A DNA stretch of 64,000 bases from Neptuniibacter sp. PT8_73 (GCF_047778045.1 NZ_CP180545.1:1649480-1713479); one strand, 5' to 3'; positions 1 to 11,010 are shown, counted from the stretch's first letter. Numbers and translations are program-made. Notes: generated from the letters alone by a model not told the origin.

Positions 1-646
1 AGGGATAGATAGTTACCTAAAGTTTAGATCATGACAGAGATAACCCTAACAGAAAAGTGGTGAATGCAGCTTTATCTTATTAAAACCGAAGGTTTTTGAG
101 TGTTCGATCCTAAAGTAACCTTCAGTTTCGACAACTGGTTGTTTTTTATGCGTTTAAAATGGCCTTTTTGTTTGAATTTTGTTCAGGTTGTAGATTTTTA
201 AATTTGAGAACAAGAACTTTTTGGTCAGTCTACTGAATGATTTTGTTACAGCAAAGGTTTATCTTCTAGTGCTCTAATCCCAATTGAAATAAAGATCATC
301 AGTCTCAGAATGTAATAGGAGAATTACGACGTGTTTAGTTATAACTATCTGATAAGTAATGATTATTTATTACCTTTATTTGCAGGGTTAAGTGTCTCTA
401 CAGCTAGGGTGGGTTAAGATTTTTTGGGAAATTACTGAATATTAAAGTTGTGTTATTTTTTGTCATTGAATTATCAGTTATACAGCTATGTTGATATGCT
501 AATGCAGCTTGATCTAAATCAGTAAATTCTTATGTTTTGATGTTGTTTGTATAATCAGAGGCGTAGCATAGGAAGAGAGAGGTGAAAAAAGCTGGTTTAG
601 ATCAGACTTTTTGCCTCATGTGTTCCAAGCAAAAAAGGTCAGAGTA

Positions 647-1300
647 ATGTGCCCAAATGGAAACGCCGATCTAACTAGGAGTTTGATTCTTAATGCTGCA
701 ACTCGCATCATCAGTCAAGATGGATTACAAGCGCTGACGGCGGGCAGGTTAATTGCAGAGGCAGGGGTTAGCAAAGGGGGGCTCTATCATCACTTTCGTA
801 CGATGACGGAAGTTGAACTTGAGGTGCTCCAATTACTTTCCAGTAAGTTGCTCCTAACATTGCAAGGCTACCCAGCTCCACAAACTAAAGAAGAGTTTCT
901 AGATCGAATAGAAACAGAGTTCTTTGATTGCTTGATTAGTCAGGATGAGACGGCACGAGCATTGTTCGGATATGTTTCATCTGCCGCTTATAATCAGCAG
1001 ATACAAGTGTTATTGCGTCAATTGCAGGATGATATCTCTCTGCAACGGTTGCAGCTTCTTCAAAAACTCAGTGTAGGTACGTCTACAGCATCATTGCAGA
1101 ATACGATTCAGATGATTGCCACAATTCAAGCAGGCTTAATGATGCGCTATTACGTTTCAGAAGATCCTGTCAGTGTGAGAAATTACTGGCGAACGTGCCG
1201 ATCATCACTTGATGAACTGTTAGGCATTAAGGATCAATCAGATATGAGTTGGGAAATTGTGCAGGCTCCGCCAACGCCAGTCTCATCTATCTGCTCCTAG
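647..1300 (+). CDS. TetR/AcrR-family transcriptional regulator
   Basis: N-terminal HTH 'LTAGRLIAEAGVSKGGLYHHF' typical of TetR. I place the start at ATG 647, which has AAGG 8 nt upstream. The ORF track's 611 is a TTG further upstream. Confidence 0.6.
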   Translation: MCPNGNADLTRSLILNAATRIISQDGLQALTAGRLIAEAGVSKGGLYHHFRTMTEVELEVLQLLSSKLLLTLQGYPAPQTKEEFLDRIETEFFDCLISQDETARALFGYVSSAAYNQQIQVLLRQLQDDISLQRLQLLQKLSVGTSTASLQNTIQMIATIQAGLMMRYYVSEDPVSVRNYWRTCRSSLDELLGIKDQSDMSWEIVQAPPTPVSSICS

Positions 1301-1375
1301 GTAATATTTCTAATTACTATTCCTAAACTTTAAGAATGACCTTGCAGAGATCTCTGCAAGGTTATTTCTATCGTC

Positions 1376-1849
1376 TTATTGATTTGAAAGTTGATCAGTC
1401 ATTTGCGCTTTCAAAGTCGCAATAAACCTATCGCTGTCTTTAAGTGCTTTGATCATCACTTTATCTTCATCAGTTTTAAGGTAAAGCGTGATGATCTGCA
1501 CCATGTTTTCTTTGTGTTGGTTAATCTCTTCGATCTCGCGAAATGTAATGCGAGTTTCTGTCTCTTCAGAAGGCACCTTTAACAAGATTGATTTAGGTGC
1601 AATCTCTACAGACATATTTTTCATCTGATCTTTGGTTTGTTCTAGGTGGTGTTTGTACCAACTAGCTAGGATCAAACCTATACCGAGTGGTGCGAGTAGA
1701 TAGATCTTGGAAAGGTTCATCATCATCAACATGAGCGCAGCGCCAACAAAACCTAATTGGCAGTTTGTCAGTAGTGATAGTTTTTTCTCAAAGAAATCTT
1801 TGTCCCAGTGATAAATAGAATCTGATTTGTCCACGCTTGTACCCCTCAA
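1376..1849 (-). CDS. hypothetical membrane protein, possibly bacterial PH-domain-like
   Basis: 157-aa ORF with one clear transmembrane segment (LGFVGAALMLMMMNL...LAPLGIGLILASW) followed by a soluble domain. I recognised no catalytic motif. Confidence 0.4.
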   Translation of the reverse strand: MRGTSVDKSDSIYHWDKDFFEKKLSLLTNCQLGFVGAALMLMMMNLSKIYLLAPLGIGLILASWYKHHLEQTKDQMKNMSVEIAPKSILLKVPSEETETRITFREIEEINQHKENMVQIITLYLKTDEDKVMIKALKDSDRFIATLKAQMTDQLSNQ

Positions 1850-1997
1850 TAATCAGGCATGAGTCTCGCTTTAAAGGTAATCTTTTGCAAGTATGAAAAG
1901 CAGGACAAAAGTCGTGTAACTTGATGTACTATCAAATAGTCTTCGAAGCTTAGATAAAAAGCTCAAATCTGCCCTACAAAATGTAAAGGAGTACTGA

Positions 1998-4900
1998 ATG
2001 TCACGTTCTAAATTGCTGGGGTCTGTACTGGTTACCTGCGCGCTGATAGCGGGATGTGATGATAATAAGGAGGTTGCTAATACTGCTAAACAGAATGAGG
2101 CAAGTGATAAGGTCCAAAGCGCCGTTGCAGAAGCCTTAGGTGTTCTCGATATATCAGAACGTGAATATGGTGATGTAAATGCGCTAACACTCCTGTTTAA
2201 TTCTCCTTTAGATCCGGATCAAAAGTTTGAACGACATGTGGTGATTTCACCAGATCTGGGTACGCCGGTGCTAAGTAAAGATGGCCGCTCTCTTCGATTT
2301 ATTGGTCCAGAGCCGCTTCAAAAATATGATATTCAAATTAAACAAGGTCTAAAAAGTGCCACAGGGGCAGTGCTTGAAACAGGTGTAACTAAATCGTTAC
2401 AGGCTAGAGATTTACCTAAACTAGTCGCGTTCGAAACGGATGGTGCTGTAATGATTCCAGGTAAGGTGGAATCCTTACCTTTGATTGCAGTCAATGTGCC
2501 GGAAGCAGAGATCAATATTTATCGGGTAAAGCCGGAAAGTAGCGTTCAATTTTTTGATGAATACCAATCACTTAAAAGTGGCGATCGATGGTATTTCGAC
2601 GAAGACGCGTTAGCACGTTCAGTCGATCACGTTTACACAGCACGTATTCAGATTGGAGAAGATAGAAATAAGCGTAATAGAGCCGGATTTGCCGTTGCCT
2701 CAGTCCCTAGTATTGATCAAGGCGGTGTTTATTTAGCGACGGTTCGAGAGCCCGGTGGGTTTAGTTATCAAGCAACCTGGTTTAGTGTCTCTGCTATTGG
2801 TTTACAAGCCAGAGATTATGGTAAGAGTACTACCTATATCGCCCAAAATGCTGCAACCGGGGATCTGCTTGAAGGTGTAACCCTTAATATTCTTGATCGT
2901 AATAGCAAAGTGATCGCTACGGGTGAAACGGACGAGCAAGGTAGCTGGCAAGTTAATAATAAGTGGCAACGAAAGAGCCCTCGCTTGATTCTAGCGCAAC
3001 ATAATCAACAGGTGAGCGTTCTCAAATACCACGCACCTTCTCTAGATCTGTCCGATTATCCTGTTCACGGTAGGCCGACTAAAGAGGTGGAAATCTTTAC
3101 CTTCGCTCCTCGTGATATCTACCGTCCCGGTGAGGAGCTGGTCTTTGGTTCACTTATGCGTGATCGAGACGGCAACTTACTTTCAGGGCCTTTAAAAATA
3201 GAGTTAATTAAACCCGATGCAGATTCAGCTGGCACTTGGCGAATTGAGCCTTCAAAGCCAGGTTACTATGAGTTCCGATATGATCTTCCAAGTAATGCGA
3301 TCTTAGGCGGTTGGCAGGCTAAAGTATTTAGCCCAGCAAGTAAGAAAAATGCGGCTTATTTTGATTTCAAAGTAGAGGCCTTTTTACCAGAGCGCCTTCG
3401 TCTGGTATTTGATCAAGCAGCATCACCGCTAAGTTTTGATCTGAACGATAAAATCAAAATACCTGTAAAAGGGGAGTACCTGTACGGTGCTGTTGCTGCT
3501 GGAAACCGTCTTGATACACAGGTGACATTAAATGCGTGGGCGGAACCGTTTGAAAACCTAAAAGGTTTTAAGTTTGGCGTTCCTTCTACAGTTGATTGGC
3601 AGCAGTTTAGTCTACCGTCTGTAAATCTGAATGATGCAGGTGAAACCTCAACTGAATTCAATCTATCTCAATATAATCCACAATCTTTTGAAAGCCCGGC
3701 TCGTATTAATGTGCGTTATAGCTTGTTCGAAAGCGGTGGCCGCGCTATTAACCGTTCTCGCTCAGCACTTTTCTGGCCTAAAGATAGTTTTGTCGGTGTG
3801 AAGCCTTCTTTCGAAAATGACCAATCTGGAAAAGATGAGAAGGTTAATTTTGAATTAATTAGAGCTGATAAGCAGGGGCAACTACTGAGCTCTGGAGAGA
3901 TCAGGGCTACGCTCTATCGATTGGAAGAGAAGTATTTCTGGAGTCATACCCCTGAGCGCGGTTGGCACTATCAAATCGAGAAAAATGAATACCCTGTAGC
4001 GACTGACTTTATTCAGTTAGCTTCCGGTCAACCTCAGCAATTGTCTATGCCAGTCGAATGGGGCCCATACCGTTTAGAACTAGATGATATTACTGGTAAG
4101 AGTAAAACTGTCTATACCTTCCAAGCGGGTGAGCCTTGGTATTACAGCTGGCAAACAGCTTCGGATCGTATCCGCCCCGATCTGGTGACTTTGGCTTTAG
4201 ACAAAGAGTCATATGAAGCGGGAGACCGCGTTAAAGTAAAACTGGCTTCGCCAACCGAGGGTAAAGCGGTGGTACTTCTTGAAACCGATCAGGTTCTGCA
4301 TTCCCAAGAAGTTTTGTTAAAGAATCGTGAAGCTGAGGTGGAGATTCCTCTACCTGCAGATCTAAATCGTCACGATGTTTATATCAGTGCCTTTGTCGTA
4401 GCGCCAACAGAGCATAAAGATAAAGTAAGTAAGCGTAGTGTCGGTATTGCGCATCTGCCTTTGGATCGTGCTGATCGTGAACTCGCTGTAACTATTGAAG
4501 TTGCTGAATCACTACTTCCAGAAACCAAAGCTAACTTAACCCTTAAAGTCACTGACAAAGCAGGTAAGCCTGTCGAAGGTGATTACTATATCAGCCTAAC
4601 AGCAGTCGATAGCGGTGTGTTAAGTGTAACGGGCTATAAGCAAGCCGATCCTTTTAATTTTTTCTACGGTCGTCGTGCTTACAACCCGAAAATCAGCGAT
4701 ATGTACAATGATTTAGTTGAGCCTCATATGTATAAGGACGCTCAGATTCGCTGGGGCGGTGATGGTGAGCTAGAGCGTGGTGGTGAAGTGCCTCCGACTG
4801 AAGTGCAAATTTTGAGCCTATACCACTCTCCAATCTCTTTAGAAAATGGAGAAGCGATGGTTGAACTTGATCTGCCTGCATTTGATGGCGAGCTGACGTT

Positions 4901-6857
4901 AACTGCGTTAGCGATGTCTGACAATAACTTTGGTTTAGAGAGTGAAACAACCAAAGTTGCTTCACCCGTTGTAGCTCAGTTATCCATGCCTCGATTCTTA
5001 GCTGTCGGTGATCAAACTACCTTGGTGTTAGATTTAGCCAATGTGTCTGATGATGCTCAAAATGTATCTGTGAAGTTAACTCATCAGGGGGCTGTAAGTA
5101 TAAGGCAAGATAGCTTTGAGCTGTCATTGGATAAAGGCGAGAAACAGGTATTGCCTTTGGTTGCCGATGCAGTTGAGTTGGGTGAAGGGTTAATCATTGC
5201 CGAGATTACGTTCGGTGATGTTCAGTTACACCGTGAATGGGTGCTGGGCGTACGTTCAGCGTATCCGGCGGTTTACGACTCAACTATGCGTGTATTGGCA
5301 GAAGGGGAAAGCATTCAATTTCCTGCCGGAGCTATTCAAGATCTCACCAAGCTACAATCGCAATTGCGTGTGGCGAATACGCCAGATCTGAATGCTCAGC
5401 AACATTTTAAAAGTTTGATGAGTTACCCGTACGGTTGTTTAGAGCAAACTACCAGTAAATCGCAACCTTTAGCGTTGTTATTGGCGGGTGATAAAGCTCC
5501 GGCTTACGCGCGTTCTGTCACTAATCCTCAATTTGAAAATGGTATTAATGCTGCGATCAGTCGATACAGCGAGCTGCAATTAGGTAATGGTGGTTTTGGC
5601 TTATGGGATAAATTCTCGCCAGAAGAGCATTGGTTAACTGCTTATGCGACGGACTTCTTGCTGCATTTAGATCGTTCAGGTTTTGCTGTACCTAATGCCA
5701 TGCTGACTAATTCTGTAGGTCGTCTACGCTCTTACGTACATAACCGCAAAGCGATTTCGGTTAGAACTTGGTCCGATATCCCTTCCCATTATGAAATATC
5801 CTACAAAGCTTATGCTGCTTATGTTTTGGCTAAGCAGGGTGAAGTCACCTTAGGGCCATTGCGCGATCTGGCAGAGCAGCAACTTAACGACTCTCGTGGT
5901 GTGCTGCCGGGGGTGCACTTAGGATTAGCGATTATTGAAACCGGTAGCCTGCAAGAAGGTGCAGCCTTAGTGCAACAGGCTCTATTAACAGAAAGGGCAG
6001 AGGGTTATCTAGGGGATTATGGCTCGGTCATTCGCGATAAAGCGATGGCGATTTATACCATTCTGGAACTGCCTAATGCACGTTCAATACACAAAGTCGC
6101 CTTGCAACAGATCCCCGACCTACTTACTCTTTTGAAGCAGCAGCGTTGGTTAAGTACGCAGGAAAAGGCAGCCCTACTGCACTTGTCGAATGCGCTTAAT
6201 CAAATGGATAAAGAGGGAGAATGGCAGGGGAAATTACTTCAAGGTGAAATTGAGACGTTGCTGGAAGCTACGACCGAGCTAGGTCGTAATCTAGATAGTT
6301 CAGAACTAGCATCTACTGCGTTTACCAATACAAAAGACAAACCGGCTTATGCAAGTTTCCATTGGACGGGTATTCCTAAACAGATGCCTAAGCATGTGAA
6401 TGAAGGGATCAATTTAGATATCGATCAGTTCCGTGTCTTAGATGGTGGTGCGCAATTACTGAAGAAGAATCAGGTATTAAAAACAGGTGATCTACTGTTA
6501 ACACGTGTGAGACTTTATAGTGAAGAACGTGTGCCAGATGGTTTGTTGGTGAGTTTGCTACCTGCTGGGGTAGAGCTGGAAAATCAGAACTTACAGCATG
6601 CGCTTAAGTTAAAGGATATTCGCATTGATGGTGAGACCGTGTCTCAGAAGGCAATGATCTCCTACCAGGCATTTCAAGATGATCGTTATGTTGCCGCCGT
6701 TGATATTCCAGAAAAGCGCGAACAGGTTATCTATTTCTTAAGTCGAGCTGTGACACCAGGGCATTACTTAGTACCGCCTGTACAGGCTGAGTCAATGTAC
6801 AAACCGGCCCATCGGGGTGTTGCTAATAGTATTGAGTACTTAACAGTTATCCCTTAA
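1998..6857 (+). CDS. yfhM: alpha-2-macroglobulin family lipoprotein (YfhM-like)
   Basis: 1619 aa. Signal peptide with lipobox 'LIAGC'. Thioester motif 'GCLEQ' encoded at 5446-5457. Strong RBS AAGGAG before ATG 1998. Immediately followed by pbpC as in E. coli. Confidence 0.85.
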   Translation: MSRSKLLGSVLVTCALIAGCDDNKEVANTAKQNEASDKVQSAVAEALGVLDISEREYGDVNALTLLFNSPLDPDQKFERHVVISPDLGTPVLSKDGRSLRFIGPEPLQKYDIQIKQGLKSATGAVLETGVTKSLQARDLPKLVAFETDGAVMIPGKVESLPLIAVNVPEAEINIYRVKPESSVQFFDEYQSLKSGDRWYFDEDALARSVDHVYTARIQIGEDRNKRNRAGFAVASVPSIDQGGVYLATVREPGGFSYQATWFSVSAIGLQARDYGKSTTYIAQNAATGDLLEGVTLNILDRNSKVIATGETDEQGSWQVNNKWQRKSPRLILAQHNQQVSVLKYHAPSLDLSDYPVHGRPTKEVEIFTFAPRDIYRPGEELVFGSLMRDRDGNLLSGPLKIELIKPDADSAGTWRIEPSKPGYYEFRYDLPSNAILGGWQAKVFSPASKKNAAYFDFKVEAFLPERLRLVFDQAASPLSFDLNDKIKIPVKGEYLYGAVAAGNRLDTQVTLNAWAEPFENLKGFKFGVPSTVDWQQFSLPSVNLNDAGETSTEFNLSQYNPQSFESPARINVRYSLFESGGRAINRSRSALFWPKDSFVGVKPSFENDQSGKDEKVNFELIRADKQGQLLSSGEIRATLYRLEEKYFWSHTPERGWHYQIEKNEYPVATDFIQLASGQPQQLSMPVEWGPYRLELDDITGKSKTVYTFQAGEPWYYSWQTASDRIRPDLVTLALDKESYEAGDRVKVKLASPTEGKAVVLLETDQVLHSQEVLLKNREAEVEIPLPADLNRHDVYISAFVVAPTEHKDKVSKRSVGIAHLPLDRADRELAVTIEVAESLLPETKANLTLKVTDKAGKPVEGDYYISLTAVDSGVLSVTGYKQADPFNFFYGRRAYNPKISDMYNDLVEPHMYKDAQIRWGGDGELERGGEVPPTEVQILSLYHSPISLENGEAMVELDLPAFDGELTLTALAMSDNNFGLESETTKVASPVVAQLSMPRFLAVGDQTTLVLDLANVSDDAQNVSVKLTHQGAVSIRQDSFELSLDKGEKQVLPLVADAVELGEGLIIAEITFGDVQLHREWVLGVRSAYPAVYDSTMRVLAEGESIQFPAGAIQDLTKLQSQLRVANTPDLNAQQHFKSLMSYPYGCLEQTTSKSQPLALLLAGDKAPAYARSVTNPQFENGINAAISRYSELQLGNGGFGLWDKFSPEEHWLTAYATDFLLHLDRSGFAVPNAMLTNSVGRLRSYVHNRKAISVRTWSDIPSHYEISYKAYAAYVLAKQGEVTLGPLRDLAEQQLNDSRGVLPGVHLGLAIIETGSLQEGAALVQQALLTERAEGYLGDYGSVIRDKAMAIYTILELPNARSIHKVALQQIPDLLTLLKQQRWLSTQEKAALLHLSNALNQMDKEGEWQGKLLQGEIETLLEATTELGRNLDSSELASTAFTNTKDKPAYASFHWTGIPKQMPKHVNEGINLDIDQFRVLDGGAQLLKKNQVLKTGDLLLTRVRLYSEERVPDGLLVSLLPAGVELENQNLQHALKLKDIRIDGETVSQKAMISYQAFQDDRYVAAVDIPEKREQVIYFLSRAVTPGHYLVPPVQAESMYKPAHRGVANSIEYLTVIP

Positions 6858-6906
6858 ACGAGTGTACTTTAAATGTGAGTACCTTAAGCGTTTGATGTGA
6901 GGAAAG

Positions 6907-9246
6907 ATGCGATCTGTTGTTAAATTTACCTGTTGTGTGTTTTGTCTTATTGCGGCAGGTTTATGGATAGCAGATCGTGCTTTCCCCTTACATGACAATT
7001 CAGCAGGAGGAGCGGCTACGGTTGTACTTGATCGCAATGGCGAACCCTTGCGAACTTTCGCTGATCACAATGGCGTATGGCGTTACCCCGTCTCCATTGA
7101 TCAAGTCTCGCCGCGCTATATAGAGGCGCTACTGGCTTACGAAGATCGTTATTTTTACCAACACCCCGGCGTCAATCCATTTAGCTTGCTACGTGCAAGT
7201 TGGCAGTGGATTAGAGAGGGCAGGATTATCTCTGGTGGTTCTACGCTGACCATGCAAGTGGCGCGCTTGCACTATCCGAGCCCGCGGAGTGTAAGGGGAA
7301 AGTTGCAGCAGATATTTAGAGCATTGCAGTTGGAATGGCATCTGTCTAAAGATGAAATTCTAACCTTGTATCTCAATAAGGCACCCTTTGGTGGAACCAT
7401 CGAAGGTGTGCAAGCTGCTAGCTTACAATATCTGCAAAAACCAGTTTCGCAACTACGTTTTTCTGAAGCGGCTCTATTAGCTGTGTTACCTCAGGCACCT
7501 TCACGATTGAGGCCGGATAGGCATCCAAAACTAGCACAGCAATATCGAGATAAAGTATTGGATCGTTTGCTTAGTTTTCAAGTTTGGAGTGAAGAAAACG
7601 TCACCCGGGCAAAGCAAGAAAATATCGCGGTATGGCCTTTATCCAATCCGATGCTCGCGCCGCTTTTGAGTCGTCGCTTGAAACAGTCGGAACCCGACAA
7701 AGAAGTTATACGTTCAACGATTGATAGTGGTATCCAGCAGAAGTTCTATGACCAAATAAAGGGTTATGTATCTCGGCAGGCTAAGGGCATTTCGGCGGCG
7801 GCGTTGTTGGTTGATAATCAGAGCCGTCAGGTTATTTCGTATGTGGGATCTGCTGACTTTCTAAATGAACAGCGCTTTGGTCATGTCGATATGGTCACAG
7901 CGATACGCTCTCCCGGCTCAACCCTAAAGCCGTTTTTATATGGGCTGGCGCTGGATGACAGTCTGATTCATAGTGAGTCCCTATTAGCTGATGTGCCTAT
8001 AGTTACTGGGCAATATCGGCCTGGTAATTTCAGCCAAGGATTCTCGGGGCCTGTATCCGCATCCTCTGCATTACAACGCTCACTTAATTTGCCATTTGTT
8101 CAATTGATACAACATTACGATTCTCAGCGTTTTGCTAACAAACTCGATCATGTTGGTGCTTCTCTGCGAATTCCCGGTGGACGCGCTAATCCCGCAATTA
8201 TCTTAGGTGGTGCCGGCAGCTCTTTAGAGTTTTTAGTAACGCTCTACACGAGCTTGGCAAATTCAGGCAGTGTTGCGCCATTAAAGTATTCTGTGGCTGG
8301 TGGAGTTGAAGAAGCTGCTGGTGATAATGAATCTGGGCAAGCAGCGCGGCAATTGATGAGTACAGAAGCCGCATGGATTACTTGGAATACCCTTGCAGAT
8401 ATAGATCCGCCAGATCAATTTATTGATGGCTATTCTTTGGCTCACCTTCCCAAAATTGGTTGGAAGACTGGCACCAGTTGGGACTATCGCGATGTCTGGG
8501 CAGTGGGCGTATCTAAAAGATATACGCTAGGGGTCTGGCTCGGTAGGCCTGATGGTTCGCCAATGGAGAAAACTATGGGGCGTGTTTTGGCAGGTCCTTT
8601 ATTGTTCCAGCTCTATCAATTGCTTGAGTCCGAAGCTGATACAATCACAAAACCTGAGGGTGTTGTGGAACAGTCTATCTGTTGGCCTGATGGTAGGGTT
8701 GTGATGTCTGGTGATCAGGCATGCGATCAAGTTAGAACTGCATTTACGATGGCTCAAAATACCCCGCGGACTTTAGACCCTGAGCCTTTAGGGCAGACTA
8801 AATTTTATAACCCGCGATTAAATTATCTAGTCGATGATCAATCAGGATTAAGGGTGACAAGGGAGTGCAATATTGGTCCTATGAAAAGCCAATCAAACTT
8901 TGTTTGGCCGGCGGCGATGGACCCTTGGATATCTCAAAAATGGCGAAGGGATGAGCGTATTCCTCCTTTTAATAGCCAGTGTAAAACTATCTTACAAACC
9001 AGTGCGCTTTTAAGGCTACATGGCATCAACCATCAACAGGTGTACCACACAAATGGTTTGGAGGCGATAGAAGTAGATGTTAGAGCTGAGGGGAGTGAAG
9101 GACATCTTAATTGGTATCTCAATGGCAAGTTACTTGAAGGGTCGAGCAATAAACAAAAACTGATTCTGCAGGGAAATCAGACTTATCAGCTTTATGTTCA
9201 AAGTATCTCAGGGGCGAGTACTCAAATTGAGTTTAGCGTCCTATAA
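6907..9246 (+). CDS. pbpC: penicillin-binding protein 1C (transglycosylase/transpeptidase)
   Basis: 779 aa. Glycosyltransferase-51 motifs 'EDRYFYQHPGVNP' and 'GGSTLTMQ', then a transpeptidase domain and a C-terminal PBP1C-type domain. Conserved pairing with the macroglobulin gene. Confidence 0.85.
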   Translation: MRSVVKFTCCVFCLIAAGLWIADRAFPLHDNSAGGAATVVLDRNGEPLRTFADHNGVWRYPVSIDQVSPRYIEALLAYEDRYFYQHPGVNPFSLLRASWQWIREGRIISGGSTLTMQVARLHYPSPRSVRGKLQQIFRALQLEWHLSKDEILTLYLNKAPFGGTIEGVQAASLQYLQKPVSQLRFSEAALLAVLPQAPSRLRPDRHPKLAQQYRDKVLDRLLSFQVWSEENVTRAKQENIAVWPLSNPMLAPLLSRRLKQSEPDKEVIRSTIDSGIQQKFYDQIKGYVSRQAKGISAAALLVDNQSRQVISYVGSADFLNEQRFGHVDMVTAIRSPGSTLKPFLYGLALDDSLIHSESLLADVPIVTGQYRPGNFSQGFSGPVSASSALQRSLNLPFVQLIQHYDSQRFANKLDHVGASLRIPGGRANPAIILGGAGSSLEFLVTLYTSLANSGSVAPLKYSVAGGVEEAAGDNESGQAARQLMSTEAAWITWNTLADIDPPDQFIDGYSLAHLPKIGWKTGTSWDYRDVWAVGVSKRYTLGVWLGRPDGSPMEKTMGRVLAGPLLFQLYQLLESEADTITKPEGVVEQSICWPDGRVVMSGDQACDQVRTAFTMAQNTPRTLDPEPLGQTKFYNPRLNYLVDDQSGLRVTRECNIGPMKSQSNFVWPAAMDPWISQKWRRDERIPPFNSQCKTILQTSALLRLHGINHQQVYHTNGLEAIEVDVRAEGSEGHLNWYLNGKLLEGSSNKQKLILQGNQTYQLYVQSISGASTQIEFSVL

Positions 9247-9321
9247 CGACTTGAATAAAATCGTATAGCTCTTCATTTAAGCACCCGATAAAATATGCAG
9301 ACTAACTGTAGAGGCTGTTGA

Positions 9322-9801
9322 ATGAAAAAGTTAATTATTGGTTTTGTTTCCGCTGTTTTATGTATGCCTGTTTTCGCAGCAGACCCGTATTGGGAAGAGG
9401 GTAAAACTGATCAAAGCTATGAGATCGATGTCTACCATAGCCCGACCTGCGGTTGCTGTAAGGAATGGATCACCCATCTCGAGCAACACAATTTCAACGT
9501 GAATAGTATTGAGATGCATGATGTATCGCCAATCAAGCAGCGTTTAGGTGTTCCAGCTCAAGGTGCATCTTGTCATACTGGTGTTGTAAATGGCTTGGTG
9601 GTTGAAGGTCATGTACCGGCGCAAGATATTAAAAAGTTATTGGCTGATAATGCCGATAATATCCGTTTATTAACTGTACCAGGCATGCCATCAGGTGGCC
9701 CAGGTATGGATATGGAAGGCGCTCGAAAAGACGATTTTAAAGTCTATGCTGTATCAGATAAAAACGAAGTCAGCGTTTATTCGGAATATGCGGATTACTA
9801 A
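9322..9801 (+). CDS. DUF411/CopG-like periplasmic metal-binding protein
   Basis: 159 aa. Signal peptide, 'CGCC' motif characteristic of CopG/DUF411. Confidence 0.55.
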   Translation: MKKLIIGFVSAVLCMPVFAADPYWEEGKTDQSYEIDVYHSPTCGCCKEWITHLEQHNFNVNSIEMHDVSPIKQRLGVPAQGASCHTGVVNGLVVEGHVPAQDIKKLLADNADNIRLLTVPGMPSGGPGMDMEGARKDDFKVYAVSDKNEVSVYSEYADY

Positions 9802-9823
9802 ATCCAGTATTAAATATAAAAAA

Positions 9824-9849
9824 GGCGAACTATTGGGTTCGCCTTTTTT
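9824..9849. terminator. bidirectional rho-independent terminator between convergent DUF411 and yceI
   Basis: ggcgaac-tattgg-gttcgcc hairpin flanked by an A-run on the 5' side and a T-run on the 3' side. Confidence 0.6.
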
Positions 9850-9868
9850 GTTTTAGATGAAATCGAAA

Positions 9869-10444
9869 TTACTTCCGAATACCTTCAATATGAAGTTCTA
9901 GGTATACAGTTTCAGCTGCAGGGCCTAGCTGGTAGTTCATGCCAAAATCTTTAGGTTGGATCTCTGTGGTACCTTCGAAGCCTGCACGGTAGCCGCCCCA
10001 AGGGTCTTTGCCTTCACCTACTTTTTTCACGTCGATAGAGATCTCTTTGCTTGTTCCGTAAAGAGTCAGCATGCCTTTCATTACGCCACTGCCATCTTCA
10101 TTTGGTGTGTATGAAGAGCTAACAAAAGACGCTTTAGGGTGTTTGGCTACGTCTAGGTACTCATCACCACGGATATGCTTATCACGCTCAGCGTGGTTAG
10201 AGTCAAACGAGTTAACATCAATATCAACATTTACTTTAGATGCCGCTGGGTTAGCAGCATCGTAGCTGAATTCACCCGAGAATGTGTTGAAACGGCCAGT
10301 TAACCAGCTGGTGCCCAAATGGCTGATGCGGAATTGAATAGATGCGTGCGCACCTTTTGTATCAATAACGTAATCCGCAGCATAAAGAGGGGACGTAGTG
10401 ATTAGAGAGGCTAGCGCCAACCCTTTAATAAATTTAGATTTCAT
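9869..10444 (-). CDS. yceI: YceI-family periplasmic polyisoprenoid-binding protein
   Basis: Signal peptide, YceI-like fold sequence. ATG at 10442-10444 overlaps the TGA of the upstream cytochrome b561 gene by 1 nt. The track start at 10447 is a TTG one codon earlier. Confidence 0.75.
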   Translation of the reverse strand: MKSKFIKGLALASLITTSPLYAADYVIDTKGAHASIQFRISHLGTSWLTGRFNTFSGEFSYDAANPAASKVNVDIDVNSFDSNHAERDKHIRGDEYLDVAKHPKASFVSSSYTPNEDGSGVMKGMLTLYGTSKEISIDVKKVGEGKDPWGGYRAGFEGTTEIQPKDFGMNYQLGPAAETVYLELHIEGIRK

Positions 10445-11010
10445 CAATGTTCCTCGCGTAGCGCTAGCATGCGCTTTAGTGTTGTGTCTTTATCTATGTA
10501 ATGGTGCTTTATTGCAGCGAATGCATGTAATGCTGCTAGCACGATAAGTGTTGTTGCTATCAAAAAGTGAATCTCACCTGCAATATCCTCCTGCTGTTCC
10601 ATTGCGAAGGGTAGTGCTGGAATACTAAACCAAGTAAAAACTTCTATTGCTCGACCGTCAGCGGTAGAAATCAGGTAGCCAGAGCACAAGGTAAGTAGAA
10701 GTAAAACTTCGAGCAATACATGTGTGGCTTTTGCTGCAATTGCCATCTTCTTTGGTTGTGGCAGTGCCTTTGGCGAGCGGTTGAATAAACGCCACAATAT
10801 GCGTGTAATCAATAAGCCTGCTAGCAGGATGCCGATACTTTTATGCCAGATTGGCACTGTCCGGTATTCGGGATCGTAATAACTCAAGCTTTCTATATAT
10901 AAACCGAGGGGATAAAGGCCAATAACCGATAATGCAATGAACCAATGAAGTAGGACTGGGCCCCAGCCATAGCTGTCATTATCATTCAAAATTTTGCGGT
11001 TAAGTGGCAT
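10444..11010 (-). CDS. cytochrome b561 family protein
   Basis: 188 aa, four transmembrane helices with conserved His residues. Operon with yceI as in E. coli yceJ-yceI. Confidence 0.7.
   Translation of the reverse strand: MPLNRKILNDNDSYGWGPVLLHWFIALSVIGLYPLGLYIESLSYYDPEYRTVPIWHKSIGILLAGLLITRILWRLFNRSPKALPQPKKMAIAAKATHVLLEVLLLLTLCSGYLISTADGRAIEVFTWFSIPALPFAMEQQEDIAGEIHFLIATTLIVLAALHAFAAIKHHYIDKDTTLKRMLALREEH

Noticed and set aside
1-610. A 610-bp AT-rich stretch with no ORF at the window start. I considered it as a possible sRNA or a mobile-element edge.
   Set aside because: I found no terminal repeats, integrase or attachment-like motifs, and no convincing promoter/terminator pair. It is probably an ordinary regulatory region for the TetR gene or an upstream gene outside the window.
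2333-5391. Short ORFs inside or antisense to the macroglobulin gene (2333-2515, 3413-3661, 4693-4965, 4742-4954, 5197-5391).
   Set aside because: They are entirely embedded in a long, well-supported CDS. They have no RBS and their composition is atypical. I treat them as shadow ORFs.
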